Source: Octopus vulgaris
Lineage: Eukaryota
DNA: 64,000 bases
NCBI GenBank assembly: GCA_951406725.2
Contig: OX597822.1
Span: 55,428,001-55,492,000, forward strand
Reading direction: 5' to 3'
Shown here in pieces: positions 1-12,860 of the stretch (within the stretch, counting starts at the first letter, position 1; each line of letters begins with the position of its first letter). Under the pieces are notes generated by a model that saw only the letters and a program-made list of their open reading frames with translations, was not told the origin of the DNA and did no database searches. Both the position numbers and the translations under genes were made by a program.

Positions 1-1305
1 CATTTTCTGCTCTCTGGACTTCTCCTGAAGTTGGCGTATGGAGAATATCATATCGATAGTTGATCTGCTTCTAAAGCCACACTGCGATTCCGGATAGATT
101 CGAGAAGCAAGTAGTTGTAGCCTGGCCAGGATAATGCGGGCAAAGGTCTTTCCAACAGTGCTTAGAAGGGATATACCACGGTAATTGTTACAATCACCAT
201 GGTCACCTTTGTTTTTGTAAAGCGTAATAATGTTAGCATCCCGCATATCCTGAGGGACTGTACCTTCTTCCCAGCACTGACACAGAAGCTCATGAAGGTG
301 CCGAAGCAGGATGGTGTTTTTGCCGGCTTTGATGATCTCTGAGGGGATGCTGATTTTCCCGGAGCCTTATGTCTTGCTAGGGAGTCAACAGCCTTGGTGA
401 GCTCTGCTATAGATGGCGGACTGTCATGTTCGCACATGACTGGCAAGATCTTGACACTCTCGACTGCAGCCTCAGCCACTGTGGTCTCGCGTGAGTAGAG
501 ATCCTGGTAGTGCTCCACCCATCTATCCATTTGCTTGCTTTGATCCCTGATGAGATCTCCAGTAGTTGATTTCAGAGGGGCTGACTTGGTTGCGGATGGA
601 CCGAGGGCCTTCTTCAAACCGGCATACATCCCACGGGTGTCGCCCCTGTCAGCAGCTGATTGGATACTCTGACAGATTTCCTGCCAATACCTATTTGCAC
701 AGCGTCTGGCTGTCAGTTGGGTTTTATTTCGTGCCTTTCTGAGTTCTTCGAGTGACTTTGTAGAAGAGTCACTCTTGTATTGCACCAGAGCTGCACGCTT
801 TGCTTCGATAACTGGCTCCAGCTCTGAGAGCCCAGCATTGAACCAATCTGGGTTTTGCCTTTCTCTCATGCCGAAAGTATCCATTGATGTCGTATACAAG
901 GCTTCCCTGATACAGTCCCACCTACTTTCAGCAGAGGAGGTTGGGCAGCTACTGAGGGCAACCTTGATAGAAGCAGCAAAACATTTTGGCGGTGTTGATG
1001 CGTGGTCGGCCCACTTTCTTGGAGCGATGGACATTTTTAGGCAGAATCCTCACCCTACTTCTAATTAGTGAGTGGTCTGTGTCACAATCCGCCCTGTGGT
1101 TACTGCGGGTCAATAGAGTAGAATTCAGAAAGGATCTCCGTGTAATGATGAGATCCAGCTGATGCCAGTGGTGAGATCTTGGATGTCTCCAGGATGCCTT
1201 GTGGGATGGCTTGTTGATAAAGAATGTGTTTGTGATGCACAGGTTGTGGTATGTGCAGAATTCGAGTAGTCTCTGACCATTGTCATTGATGTTGCCAATA
1301 CCAAT
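1..1305 (-). mobile_element. RTE-clade LINE fragment (APE endonuclease C-terminus, linker, start of RT), frameshifted
   Basis: ORFs 949..1341 (NGQRLLEFC..NTFF..WRHPRSHHWHQLD..DCDTDHSL) and 162..1034 (RW.EHY..L, KAPG); an RT N-terminal KNKGD..CNNYRGISL motif lies in another frame near 165-220; cut by (TA)n at about 1305. Confidence 0.9.
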
Positions 1306-1335
1306 TATACATATATATATGTATATATATATATT

Positions 1336-1367
<32 letters not shown>

Positions 1368-1397
1368 CATAAGATCATGTATATATATATATTATAC

Positions 1398-1428
<31 letters not shown>

Positions 1429-1481
1429 TATCATAAGATCATATATATATGTATATATATATATATTATATATATATATGC

Positions 1482-1512
<31 letters not shown>

Positions 1513-1930
1513 GTATATAGCAAAATCTGTATTCCAAAAGCGAAAGCTAGGTTTCTTCGAAGACAGAAGATACATCTACGTTGAAGATGTATTCTCCCTT
1601 TTCAAGCTAAGTGGAATACTGCTTACAAGCTTGCTACGGACATTTAGATCATACTTAAAGAAAGGTCGAGTCTTCTCCATTCGATAGAACCAGCATTCAC
1701 ACGAGTACGAGCGGTCTCAACGCTAAAGATAGCAGCTATATTCCCCTCTAATCACACCCCGTTGTTTTAAAAAGGCCAAACTGTATAATCGAGGTCTGAT
1801 ACGAAACGGATATGACTGGGACGCCTTGATCATAGCGAATTCTATTCGCTCTGAGCTGATGTAGTTCATTAAAAAATCGAGTGTCTACCAACACCTCTAT
1901 CTTGTCTACCACTACTACACCTCCTCTGAA

Positions 1931-1994
<64 letters not shown>

Positions 1995-2298
1995 GTCTAT
2001 ATATATATATATATATATGTATATGCAAATATATATATATATGTATATATATATATTTGCATATACATATATTATATATATATATATAATAATTCTCTAA
2101 AAGAGATATAGACAGAAACTGCTCGATAACATAAGGGACTAAAGCCATCTGAATATGGCTAGGGACAGGGCAGGGTGGTGGGGGTGTTACTGTTGCATTT
2201 AGCCCCAGGCGAACATCGACGTCGCCAGATAGGCTTGACACCATCACGGTGTCCTTTAACCTGCAAAGGGAGATAATTCCCCGATGAAGCGGAAACCA

Positions 2299-2344
2299 CA
2301 CACGGACCATGGTTTCAAGGTGTATTGCCTATCGTCAACGTGTG
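2299..2344 (-). ncRNA. Minimal type I hammerhead ribozyme motif (C3U variant)
   Basis: Reverse complement reads CACACG-UUGACGA-UAGG caauaca CCUU-GAAA-CCAUGG-UC-CGUGUG. Confidence 0.75.
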
Positions 2345-2908
2345 GTAGGCCTCCGCTTCCTCGACGAACTCTTACTCTGCAGGATATTCATATATAGATT
2401 TTCAAGCAAAATACATTTGCTGATTTCGAAAATCTGTTCGACAGCAATAATAATTCTCTAAAAGAGATATAGACAGTAACTGCTCGATAACATAAGGGAC
2501 TAAAGCCATCTGAATATGGCTAGGGACAGGGCAGGGTGGTGGGGGTGTTACTGTTGCATTTAGCCCCAGGCGAACGAAACCATGGTCCGTGTGTGGTTTC
2601 CGCTTCATCGGGGAATTATCTCCCTTTGCAGGTTAAAGGACACCGTGATGGTGTCAAGCCTATCTGGCGACGTCGATGTTCGCCTGGGGCTAAATGCAAC
2701 AGTAACACCCCCACCACCCTGCCCTGTCCCTAGCCATATTCAGATGGCTTTAGTCCCTTATGTTATCGAGCAGTTACTGTCTATATCTCTTTTAGAGAAT
2801 TATTATTGCTGTCGAACAGATTTTCGAAATCAGCAAATGTATTTTGCTTGAAAATCTATATATGAATATCCTGCAGAGTGAGATTTCGTCGAGGAAGCGG
2901 AGGCCTAC

Positions 2909-2954
2909 CACACGTTGACGATAGGCAATACACCTTGAAACCATGGTCCGTGTG
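2909..2954 (+). ncRNA. Minimal type I hammerhead ribozyme motif (C3U variant)
   Basis: Stem I CACACG/CGTGTG (extends via GAAGCGGA/TCCGCTTC), core TTGACGA 2915-2921, stem II AGG/CCT, GAAA 2937-2940, palindromic stem III CCATGG, GTC cleavage triplet ending at 2948. Confidence 0.75.
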
Positions 2955-3123
2955 TGGTTTCCGCTTCATCGGGGAATTATTTCCCTTTGCAGGTTAAAGG
3001 ACACCGTGATGGTGTCAAGCCTATCTGGCGACGTCGATGTTCGCCTGGGGCTAAATGCAACAGTAACACCCCCATCACCCTGCCCTGTCCCTAGCCATAT
3101 TCAGATGGCTTTAGTCCCTTATG

Positions 3124-3167
<44 letters not shown>

Positions 3168-3624
3168 TTCAGAGGAGGTGTAGTAGTGGTAGACAAGATA
3201 GAGGTGTTGGTAGACACTCGATTTTTTAATGAACTACATCAGTTCAGAGCGAATAGAATTCGCTATGATCAAGGCGTCCCAGTCATATCCGTTTCGTATT
3301 AGACCTCGATTATACAGTGTGGCCTTTTTAAAACAACGGGGTGTGATTAGAGGGGAATATAGCTGCTATCTTTAGCGTTGAGACCGCTCGTACTCGTGTG
3401 AATGCTGGTTCTATCGAATGGAGAAGACTCGACCTTTCTTTAAGTATGATCTAAATGTCCGTAGCAAGCTTGTAAGCAGTATTCCACTTAGCTTAAAAAG
3501 GGCGAATACATCTTCAACGTAGAAGTATCTTCTGTCTTTGAAGAAACCTAGCTTTCGCTTTTGGAATACAGATTTTGCTATTGTGCAAAATTGCGAAATA
3601 TATGTATGTATGCATGTGTGTGTG

Positions 3625-3683
<59 letters not shown>

Positions 3684-3903
3684 GTGTGTGTGTGTGTGTG
3701 TATATATATGTATGTATGTGTGTGTGTATAATAGATGACATAGAAAATGGAAAATACAAGAAACTTTATTGGTCACAGCGATCGTTTCGACGCATTTTGC
3801 ATCGATCCTCTCGCGGGTGGGATACTGTACAACTGGTTGTGGTGTATCCCAGGATGCAGTTACAAAGAGTATCTCATTAAATAAACTGTTTCGCTAGGCT
3901 TTA

Positions 3904-4471
3904 TTGGGTTGTCCGGAAAGTTCGTGCCGATTTTTAAAAGAAAGGAAAAGGTCAATAAATACTTGCCATTACATTTTTAATCAACCAAATATGAGCCATT
4001 TTGTTGCACAATGCGTCTCCATCTTTCCTTTAACTTGCAAATACCCTCATCCCAGAAGTGAGGTGGTTTCATGGCAAAGATTTCATCAAGGTATCTTTTT
4101 ACGTCATCCAAGGAATTGAAATTTTTACCATTAAGACTATTCTGCAGAGACCTGAATAAGTCGAAATCCGAAGGAGCAATATCTGGTGAATATGGAGGGT
4201 GGGGTAACAGATCCCAGACGAGCTGCAGCAATTTTTGTCTGGTTCCCAAAGCACCAAGTGCCGGAAATGAACTTTCTTATCTTCCATTTTAAAGGGTTAC
4301 AGAATTAACACAGGTTATAGGAACATAAACCTTCTTCCACGAAAAGCTAGCTTAAACTGTGCTCTAAATGAAGGCGTAGTCAAATCCTATTTTATGGACT
4401 CAAAACCATGTTCTAAAATAAGTCGAAATGTAAGCTACTATATATCGGCACGAACTTTCCGAACAACCCAA
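3904..4471 (-). mobile_element. Internally deleted mariner element (about 570 bp, non-autonomous)
   Basis: TIRs TTGGGTTGTCCGGAAAGTTCGTGCCGAT, TA target duplications, HPPYSPDIAPSD motif; the N-terminal MEDKK.HFRHL is fused directly to the C-terminal domain. Confidence 0.95.
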
Positions 4472-5249
4472 TAATTTAGCATGCTGTTCGTGACAGTATG
4501 TTTAATCCGTTAGGCAGAAATGGTGAATGACGGATTCCGTTCATCTTATAGACAAAGACGGAGAGTAATTAAGGAAAATAAGACGAAAAATTTAAATAGA
4601 ATATAAAATAAAGTAAAACATTATTTGCATTTGTACCCACATATAATTACATCTGTACCCACACTTACTGACCTGTGTTCACACATACTCACCCATATGC
4701 GGTTAAATTGATGTTATTAATCTCTTTGATGAACATCCTGCCATTCTTGTATCACACCAACACAAACATCGGACAACTTAGAAAATACTGTGAGACAGAC
4801 AACCCCACCAGCGCAATAACTGTTAACACAGGTAAAGCTATCACCACCAGCACAACCAACACCCCCACAACCCTACCACACCCCCAAAAGAAAGCTTTCG
4901 GAAGGGTCTGTTAAATTCTCAGCCCCCGAATTTTGTGCTAGTGAGGAGAGCAAATAAAGATCTCAAGGCCTTCATAGATCCAAATAAAGAAATTGAGAGA
5001 GATTGAGCAATTCATGACACCAGCATCCTTAAAGTGCCGGAAGAGCTGTTGTTAGTGCATATACCACTAACAACATACAAAAACATTCGGTAGGTCTTCT
5101 GATACGACGTGGGGACCCCCAATATAATAGCCGCCAATAGACTTTTAAAGGGGTTCCTAGAGAAATTCCAACCAGATTCGGAGGCCACCAACAGCACCGG
5201 CAGGGTAAGTAACCTGGCTCTTTTTCTTTCTTGCAGTTCTACCGGCCGC

Positions 5250-7060
5250 TATGAGATTGATTAGAGTGGGCTGTGTAATTATTCGTGGCTTGGGGTCTCC
5301 TGCTCAACGACCTCAGGTCATAATCTATGGATGTGACAGCCGTCAGCGAAACCAGAATTTTCGACACATGCAATCTGGCCCCAATTTTCGGCGATTTTGA
5401 GATCTACACATCTCTTAGTCAGCTTGGAATGGTGGTGGTGGAGTGCAGAGTGACTGTGTTGCTTAGGAAAGGCCTGGATCTCCAAGTACGGACGACCCTT
5501 CTGGATCTGGAAGGTAAATTGGTGGTCCCGGATATAATAGCGAAGTCGGTGCTTTCAGACTAGTCGCTGTGTACGTCCCAACTGGGGCGGAGCAGCCAGA
5601 TTTCTTCAGATGTTTGGAGGTTTTCTTCGGAACATCTTGCTCTTTAGTTCTAATGGGCGATTGAAACGCCATTTTGGATGCACAACTGAATAGGGTGGGA
5701 CTAGACGATAGAAGACGGGAGTACAAAAGTTTCACAAACCTGCTCGTTCCTTTCGAATTGGCTGACAGATATCGACTGGATTTCCCGAATGCGCCAATGT
5801 GGACATGGGCAAACAACACCGGGTCTTCCCGATCATTTTTAGGTAGAATATTTTGTAGGCCAGTAGATAGAAGCAGCATAGGTTGTCCACAGTTTATAGT
5901 CGTCAACTACACAGACCACAAATTTGTGATCTGCACGGTTGACATAAATAAAATCCACAGGTAAGGCCCCGAATACTCGAAGCTGAATGCGTCTTTCCCA
6001 GCGCGTCAAGCATTCAGAAACCATTTAGTTCAGCGTAAGTTTTCGGGTGCAATCGTCAACAACCGTTGGTGGATAGCCCTGAAAAGGGCTATTGGAGTAG
6101 TGGCGGTAGGATTTAGTAAGGAAATAACTATAGAGGAATCTTGGATAGAGGGAGTGCTAGTTAGGAAGCTAGAAGAGGCATTTAGGAGAAGCATAGCCAC
6201 TGACGCGCTGCCGGTGAAACTGGCTCTTGATCAATTCTTCAATGCCAAGCACGAAGGTTGCATTGTCAGAGTTAGCGCGCATCGGATGGCAAAGGTGCAA
6301 CGTGGAAACAAAGTAACAATTCAGTCTTTGACGGGCCGGGACAGGCGCATGCTACACAAATCCAAACAGATGTGCAAGGGATTTTAGTGGCACTCCACCG
6401 AATTGTTCGGGACACAAATTATAAGATTTTGGCAAAGATGTTAGCTAAGAAGTTGGCGCTTGTCGTCGATAAGCTGATGGGTGATGCGTAGACATGCGTT
6501 ATCCTGACTAAATCTATCCACAACAACCTCCACCTCACATGCTACATCATAGAGAAAGTAGGGAAGGAACCTAGCATTTGGTGGGTTTTTGATCAATTTG
6601 GATCAATAAAAAACTTTTGACAGGGTCGACTATCAATACTTGTAGGCTGTCCTCGCGGCGGCCGGATTCGATCCCGTTTCAGAAGGTGGATCGCTGTAAT
6701 GTACAGCGACATTTGTTCGGTGGTGAAAGTAAACGGCCATTTATCGGAATAGTTTTTCATTGCTCGCTCGGTCCGCCAAGGATACTGACTCTCCCCGCGT
6801 CTGTACGTGTTGGATCACGAGCCATTACTAAGGAAGTTGATATTTCGAGGGACATTCGACGTGATCTGAGATGCGGAAGGTTCGTGTCGGCTTATGCGGA
6901 CGACGTCACCGTAATAGTATCGAACAGCTTGGAAATAGAGGTGATTGGCTCTACTTTAAAAGAGTACAAAGCGGTGACAGGAGAAAAGATTAATCAGAAG
7001 TCGGTGGGCCTGCATCTCGGTACCTGGACAGACAGGTCCATACCAACTGACAGCGTTTCT
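5250..7060 (+). mobile_element. Degenerate Tx1/L1-clade LINE (endonuclease and RT remnants)
   Basis: DVTAVSET, GD.NA, TDH endonuclease motifs; DQ.K.FDRVD, VRQG..LSP and AYADDVT RT motifs across frames; many stops. Confidence 0.85.
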
Positions 7061-7089
7061 TTTGTGAAATCCTTTATTGTTTATGTTCA

Positions 7090-9670
7090 AAATAGCTAAA
7101 ACTAAACTATTCTAATTGATTGTTGCTGTATTGCCTTTCAACTTGAAGCCCCTTTTTGTCTCGAACACTGGATTTTTTTTTTCTCTTGATCTGATTCGGC
7201 TCCTAATGAAACCGTCTCAACTATTCTCACCACAAACGTTAGATGATGCTTTTGTCACGAGATTTACTCGTCTCTCCACAACTTAGGTGTGGAACGGTAA
7301 TTTTTCCAGTTGCATCAAATGCTGCAGTTGAATGAAGGTATCGATTTCTTCATCGAAAAATGCCTATGTTAGAGGTGGTTCAGTAACAATAGTACCCTGC
7401 CAGTTAATTATATTTATGTAGTTTGAGGCAGTAAAGTATTAAAATTTCAAGCTCTAAAATTTATATCTTCGGGCTCCGCAACGCACTTGAAATTTCGAAA
7501 TTATGTGAAATAAATAGACTTTTCAACTTCGTTTTCCTTATTATTTTTAATACTAAATCACCGAATATATGTGTTACATGAGATCTAGATTGTACACACA
7601 TTAAAATAAAATTACGTGTAAACCAATATTTAATTCTTGACATATTTTGGTGATAAAAATAATTAACATTTCCAATTTATTTGAAATAGTTCCAGTTAAT
7701 TAAGCCCATGTAGTTTGAGGCAGCAAAGTTTAGGGTAGGAATTTTGAAAGGTCGCACAGATTTCCCTTTATACTATGTTCGAACCTGCTTTATGTGCCTC
7801 CATGCTAGTTCTCGAACGTGGCTCCGTTCATCGTTTATCATGGCTAGTAAAATATTTTCTGGGTGCGTAAAGAAAGGATTCCGTTGCATAACTGGAAATA
7901 CAGTCTTGTACCGCTTCAGCCATTTCTCTCGAAGACTCCACCGTCTTGGGCACATTTAGAGTCCCATTTTCCGAGGAAGTGTTGCGTTTAATTGTGAACC
8001 ACATTGGCACACAAACCTTCATTATATAAGCAACAATTAATTTCATCGTGTTAGAAGGATTCTCGATGGCAACATACAACCGTAGCACACGATTGCAGTT
8101 GTAAGCCATCGACAATGCGCTATTTTACCAGGATTCCTTAATGCCATTTCAGGTGAACATTTCCTTTCAGAAATAGACATGTGGATATCAAAAAAGTAAT
8201 TTTGATCAGTGCTTATATCGTTATTGTCTACTGATGGTAAGTCCGTTGGAATCTGATGAAATTTTGCAACACTTAGTGTTTCACATCGCTCCAGCTTCTT
8301 ACCAATTGGTCCAAGAAATCCACGAGGCCCGTTTTCCCATCGAAATCGTTAATAAGATGGCGTAAGGGAAGCTCATTTGCGTGGAGCTGACACACAAAGC
8401 AAAGCAATGGCTTCTTTAATTTATCCTCCAAAGGTCTAATGGTCCCTTCTTTTGGTCCTGTATTGACTGCTGTACCATCATAACCTACAACCATCATGTG
8501 ATTGGTTACTATTTCATTGGTTTCCAAATAATTCAACAAACCACCAGAAATAGCTTTTGCAGAATCCGTTTTAATAGCAAAGTGCCCAAGATATTGGGAC
8601 TCAGGTTCTTGTATCAATGAAATGTTTTCTTACGAATTTTTTTCCCCATTTGTTCACTTATGAAGGTTGTGACCCTCCTTCCATAAAAATACACGGTAGA
8701 CAATAGTTTATGCGGCCTACCTTCCTGCTACAGGGATTTACGTTTTCTGGATCGTTTTCACCTTACCTTCGATCTGTCTATAACGAAAGAATATTCACCA
8801 GATGCATTTGCTGTTAAGTCGCTCATGACCAAATTTGTAAGAAAAGCGGCAGCACGGTCTGATACACCGGTGCAGTCACAGGTAGAAGCTAGTTCTGGCA
8901 ATTTCATTCGTTTTATTGCTGTTTTTGAACTTACGTTTTTGCTGATGTCTTTTCGTTTCATGGAAAATGGAATTGGAAAATCTTCATCTTCGCCTGTTGA
9001 TACATTTCCAGATTCACTTTGAGGAAAACGTTGTCAATTCAGAATCCTTTGGTGGCGTAAAAGGGTTACTGTGATCTGGCCGATTCTTTCTAATCAACCT
9101 CTGAACATTCTGTTTGGATACTGCTTGATCTATTCCGCTAATAGTCATTTTTCGATATGTCCGTTGATCCTGTAAAAAATCTTGTTCTCTCTGTGGCATT
9201 TTGTTTTGTCTCTACTACAACTGCAGTTTTTAAAGGAGTTGCACCTGCAACAGGAAATGTCAAATAAATCTTTTGTTGTATTGTTTTTAAACATATTATA
9301 CTTCGTTTGAAACAATGATACATTTTTTTCTATTTTTCACAGATTTATTAATGCTTGGTACTTTAGATAAAAGTTTAAGATTTTCACTTATAATACAAGT
9401 GGTGGATTATGTATATTGACCACTTGTATTATAACTCAGTCATTATACGAGTGGTGGATGGCCTTTTGCCAAAGAAGAATCATCTTTTCTGCTACAATCT
9501 TGACAATTTGTTTAATTGAAGAATCTTTCTTGACAACGTTCTTTTCTCTTTTTTCGTTCAAATAAAACACATTTTAGTACGTCCTTGTAAGTTGGCAAAA
9601 CTCGCTCGCTAAGATCACATGGAGTACCAAATATTAGGTATTCAATATCATGACGTGTTATGGTGGGGTT
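7090..9670 (-). mobile_element. Degenerate hAT-like (hATm-type) DNA transposase
   Basis: EP.SQYLGH, DGTAVNTG, CQLHANELPLRHL, RNPFFTHPENILLAM and CD.TGVSDRAAA segments in broken frames; subfamily is tentative. Confidence 0.65.
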
Positions 9671-10075
9671 CGAAATGGCTAATCTACTACGAAATGCTTG
9701 AAAACAACCACACGGTCAATCCAGAATTTTACGTTCAGAAAATGAACTACCTAACGAAACAACCCAGTTGAAACAACCCGACCGGCGATATGGCGTGCTT
9801 CTTCTACACTACAACACTCACCCCACATCGCTATTCAAGACCTTGGCTGGGAAGTTCTGCTACACACACCGTATCCTCCTGATATAGCGCCTTCAGATTA
9901 TTACCATTTTTTGCAACTATCCAACAGTGTGCAAAGCGTTTCGTTCAGCAACGACGTACAACTGGAAATGTGGCTCGGAGTCAAAATCAGTGATTTATAC
10001 GATCAATGCCTTGACAAGCTAATGGAACGTTGACAAGAAATCACAAACATTGAAAAAAAAAAAAAATTATTGACT
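9668..10075 (+). mobile_element. Mariner transposase C-terminal remnant
   Basis: GWEVL.H.PY.PDIAPSDY-like coding at 9845-9905. Confidence 0.75.
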
Positions 10076-10454
10076 GATTTGTAGATGTAAACAAGAAAAT
10101 TGCTGCAAAGTTGCCCGATAGTGGTGTCAGACGTAGCATGCAGACTATCATATAACTGGCTTTATTCTCCTCTGCTGTTTTATTTTGACATGCGCATTGC
10201 ATTTTTATTCTTTTCTTCCGTTTTATGAATTCAGGGTGCACATATGCATTGCCTGTTCATACTTCGCTTTCCAGTTCCTATTCAAAACTTTATACATCAC
10301 AACCATCTCACGAATGTGCGTTCGCGAGGAGCGATTCGCGCTCCGATGGTTGTAGTCAACTTTGCTCTTAATTTCTTTGGAAACTTTAAAATAAAGGTTT
10401 CTTTCTTTTTTTCTTTTTTTTCCCCCGTTTTCTTTATTTCCTGGAGCCGTTTCG

Positions 10455-12046
10455 AATGGAATACATTACCTACTTCAGAAATGAGACGTAAGAAATTCAT
10501 ACTTTAGCCTACTGGATAGGTGTGTTTTAGTCTCAGGACAACTCTGTCCAGCCAACCGTATTGAAGGCAGGTAGTCGAACAAACGACAAGATGTTTCTCA
10601 CGAATCTGTTGTAATTCCTGATTATACACTACATTTGCCAAGCTGACAGACATATTTCTCTTTCCTTCATAAAGTAAATGAATTGTATGGGGTGAAACTG
10701 TGTGACTGACAATTTTTGTACGGTTGCTGTTGCTATTCTTATTTAACCATAGGTTAGCTCTGATTGAGTATTGTTATTGTTAATGGAGGTCCAGCTATAA
10801 CTACGCTGCATGTATATCAGTGACCATATTGTCCAATGTGTCCTTCTCTTTACGACAATAGTGTGTGAGTTGAAGGAAATTTATCGGCCAAGTAGAGGCT
10901 TACTTATTGGCACCCTATGGTATCTATAAAATAGGCGAGAAAAGTGGAATCTGTCATAGCGCATTGTCCCTCTGCAATTATTATAGGTGATGCATATCTG
11001 GGTATGTGTGGAGGCGCGTGGCTTAGTGGTTAGGTTGTCAGCATCATGATCGTAAGATTGTGGTTTCGATTCCTGGACCGGTTGACGCGTTGTGTTCTTG
11101 AGTAAAACACTTCATTTCACGTTGCTCCAGTCCACTCAGCTGGCAAAAATGAGTAATGCTGGGATGGACTGGTGTCCCATCCAGCTGGGGAACACATACG
11201 CCATTGGAACCGGGAAACTGAGCCCATGAGCCTGGCTAGGCTTTAAAAGGGCGCATTTATTATCTATTTATATCTGCGTATAGGCATAGTATGGCCGAAT
11301 GGTTAAGAACTATTCTTCGCAACCACGGGTTCTTGAGTTCGATGTTGCTGCAAGGCATCTTTGGAAAATAGCATTTTCTATAGCAATGAATCGATTCATT
11401 TATTGAGAGCAAAACTGCGTAAAAGGGAAACTATACTGAAGCTTGCCAGTGGATATTCAAAAGATATCGCCGAGTTACACAATGTGCTACACTGATTGTG
11501 TTTGAGAAATACGATAAGGGTGCACGTATCTATGGAATGCTCAGCTAATTAAACGTTAATTCCGGGGCAAGTAATTCAGTTGCATCATCCTCGTCGAAAG
11601 ACGGAGATCCAAAGCCACCACCACCACCACCACTACCACCACCGCATCTAGACATTATGAGGTGGGGGTTAGTGAAGTTATTTAAGTCACAGCTGCTTTT
11701 ATGCATAAGTGTTTTGAATGTTTGTCTGGGCTGCGAGGTGCAGAGAATGTTTTAAGAATGTGTCATAGAGTTGTATACATGTGTGTGCTTGTCAGTCACA
11801 CAGCTTCACCACATACAATTCATTTACTGTATGAAGGAAAGAGAAATATGTCTGTCAGCTTGGCAAATGTAGCGTATAATCAGGAATGACAATAGATTCG
11901 TGAAAAACATCTTGTCGTTTGTTCGACTACCTGCCTTCAATACGGTTGACTGGACAGAGTTGTCCTGAAACTAAAACACGCCTATCCAGTAGGCTAAAGT
12001 ATGAATTTCTTACGTCTCATTTCTGAAGTAGGTAATGTATTCCATT
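10455..12046. repeat. Inverted duplication, 258-bp arms (10455-10712 / 11789-12046)
   Basis: Arms are reverse complements with scattered substitutions; about 1.1 kb spacer contains SINEs. Confidence 0.95.
11007..11268 (+). mobile_element. tRNA-derived SINE
   Basis: A-box TGGCTTAGTGG, B-box GGTTTCGATTCC, (TTTA)-like tail, approximate TSD ATATCTG.GTAT; near-identical copy at 52220. Confidence 0.85.
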
Positions 12047-12449
12047 GACAAGGAGGGTAGAAATATACTGCAGCAATAAACAACACTCTTGATATGTCCA
12101 AGAACAGCCGCCACTACTACCATTACTATTACCTGCAGCATCGCATTTGAATGCCTGCTCCTATTTCATCGGCAGACGGAGAGTTAATTCAGGTCAGCGT
12201 ACTTAGTTTTGCTTAAAAACTTGTTTGCTGCACAATATTTCAGTCCACTGAAGGGTGGGGAGTCTCAGTGTGCATTTCTGTGTGTGCGCGCGTGTGCGAG
12301 TATGTGTACGGGGTGGTGGTGGTGGTGGTGGTAAGAAGTAACTGTATTTAGATAAATGCTAACTAAACAGTATTTCTGAGTTCAAATATTGGTGTCTATT
12401 GATAAAATAGCTAAAAATATTTAATTCGACTTTTGTTCTTTTTTTTTAT

Positions 12450-12669
12450 TCCTCTTACTTGTTTCAGTCATTTGACTGTGGCTATGCTGGAGCACCGCCT
12501 TGAAGAGTTTTCTGTCGAGCAAACCAACCCCAGGACTTATTTCTTAAGCATAGGACTTATTTTATCAAACTCTCTTGCCGAACCGCTATGTTACGGAGAC
12601 GTAAACACACCAGCACCGGTTGTCAAGCGGTGGTGGGGGACAATCACAGACACAGAAACACAGACACAA

Positions 12670-12712
<43 letters not shown>

Positions 12713-12860
12713 ACGGGTTTTCAGTTTTTGTTTACCAAATCCAATCACAAGGTTAGCCCGAGACTATAGTAGAAGGCACTTGCCCGACGCGCTACGCAGT
12801 GGGACTGAACCCAGAACCATGTGGCTAGGTAGCAAGAAGCTTCTTACCACACAGTCACGC
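12450..12860 (-). mobile_element. tRNA-derived SINE with internal (CA)n; other copies or fragments at about 26960-27390, 42600-43040, 52964-53125 and 56900-57300
   Basis: Shared GGGTTCAGTCCCACTGCGT and GGAAACTGAAAGAAGCCCGT blocks between copies. Confidence 0.75.

Larger units (their letters stand above)
2086..3127. mobile_element. 361-bp tandem-unit element in back-to-back inverted arrangement (Penelope pLTR/retrozyme-like), inserted in (TA)n
   Basis: Unit repeats at 361 bp spacing (2582 vs 2943); left arm about 1.35 units on -, right arm about 1.5 units on +; junction at 2575/2576; each full unit has an HHR motif. Confidence 0.8.
1516..3581. repeat. Nested inverted-repeat structure: about 420 bp outer arms (1516-1935 / 3162-3581) around (TA)n tracts and an inner inverted tandem array
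   Basis: ATAGCAAAATCTGTATTCC...CCTCTGAACTG at 1516-1933 is the near-perfect reverse complement of 3165-3581; the ORF track shows the same peptide on opposite strands. Confidence 0.95.

Noticed and set aside
2260-2383. Plus-strand CCGATGA...GAA type III HHR-like arrangement
   Set aside because: No stem I can form; it is the antisense of the extended stem flanking the real minus-strand motif
1915-3302. Repeated [11 protein letters not shown] peptide ORFs
   Set aside because: They arise from the 361-bp repeat; the ATG is the HHR stem III palindrome and the ORFs run into microsatellite
9388-9434. Perfect 16-bp hairpin TTATAATACAAGTGGT/ACCACTTGTATTATAA
   Set aside because: Local template-switch duplication inside a dead transposase; no other support
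11007-11085. tRNA-like heads here and at about 44340-44416 and 52220
   Set aside because: They continue into SINE bodies and tails, some with TSDs; not tRNA genes
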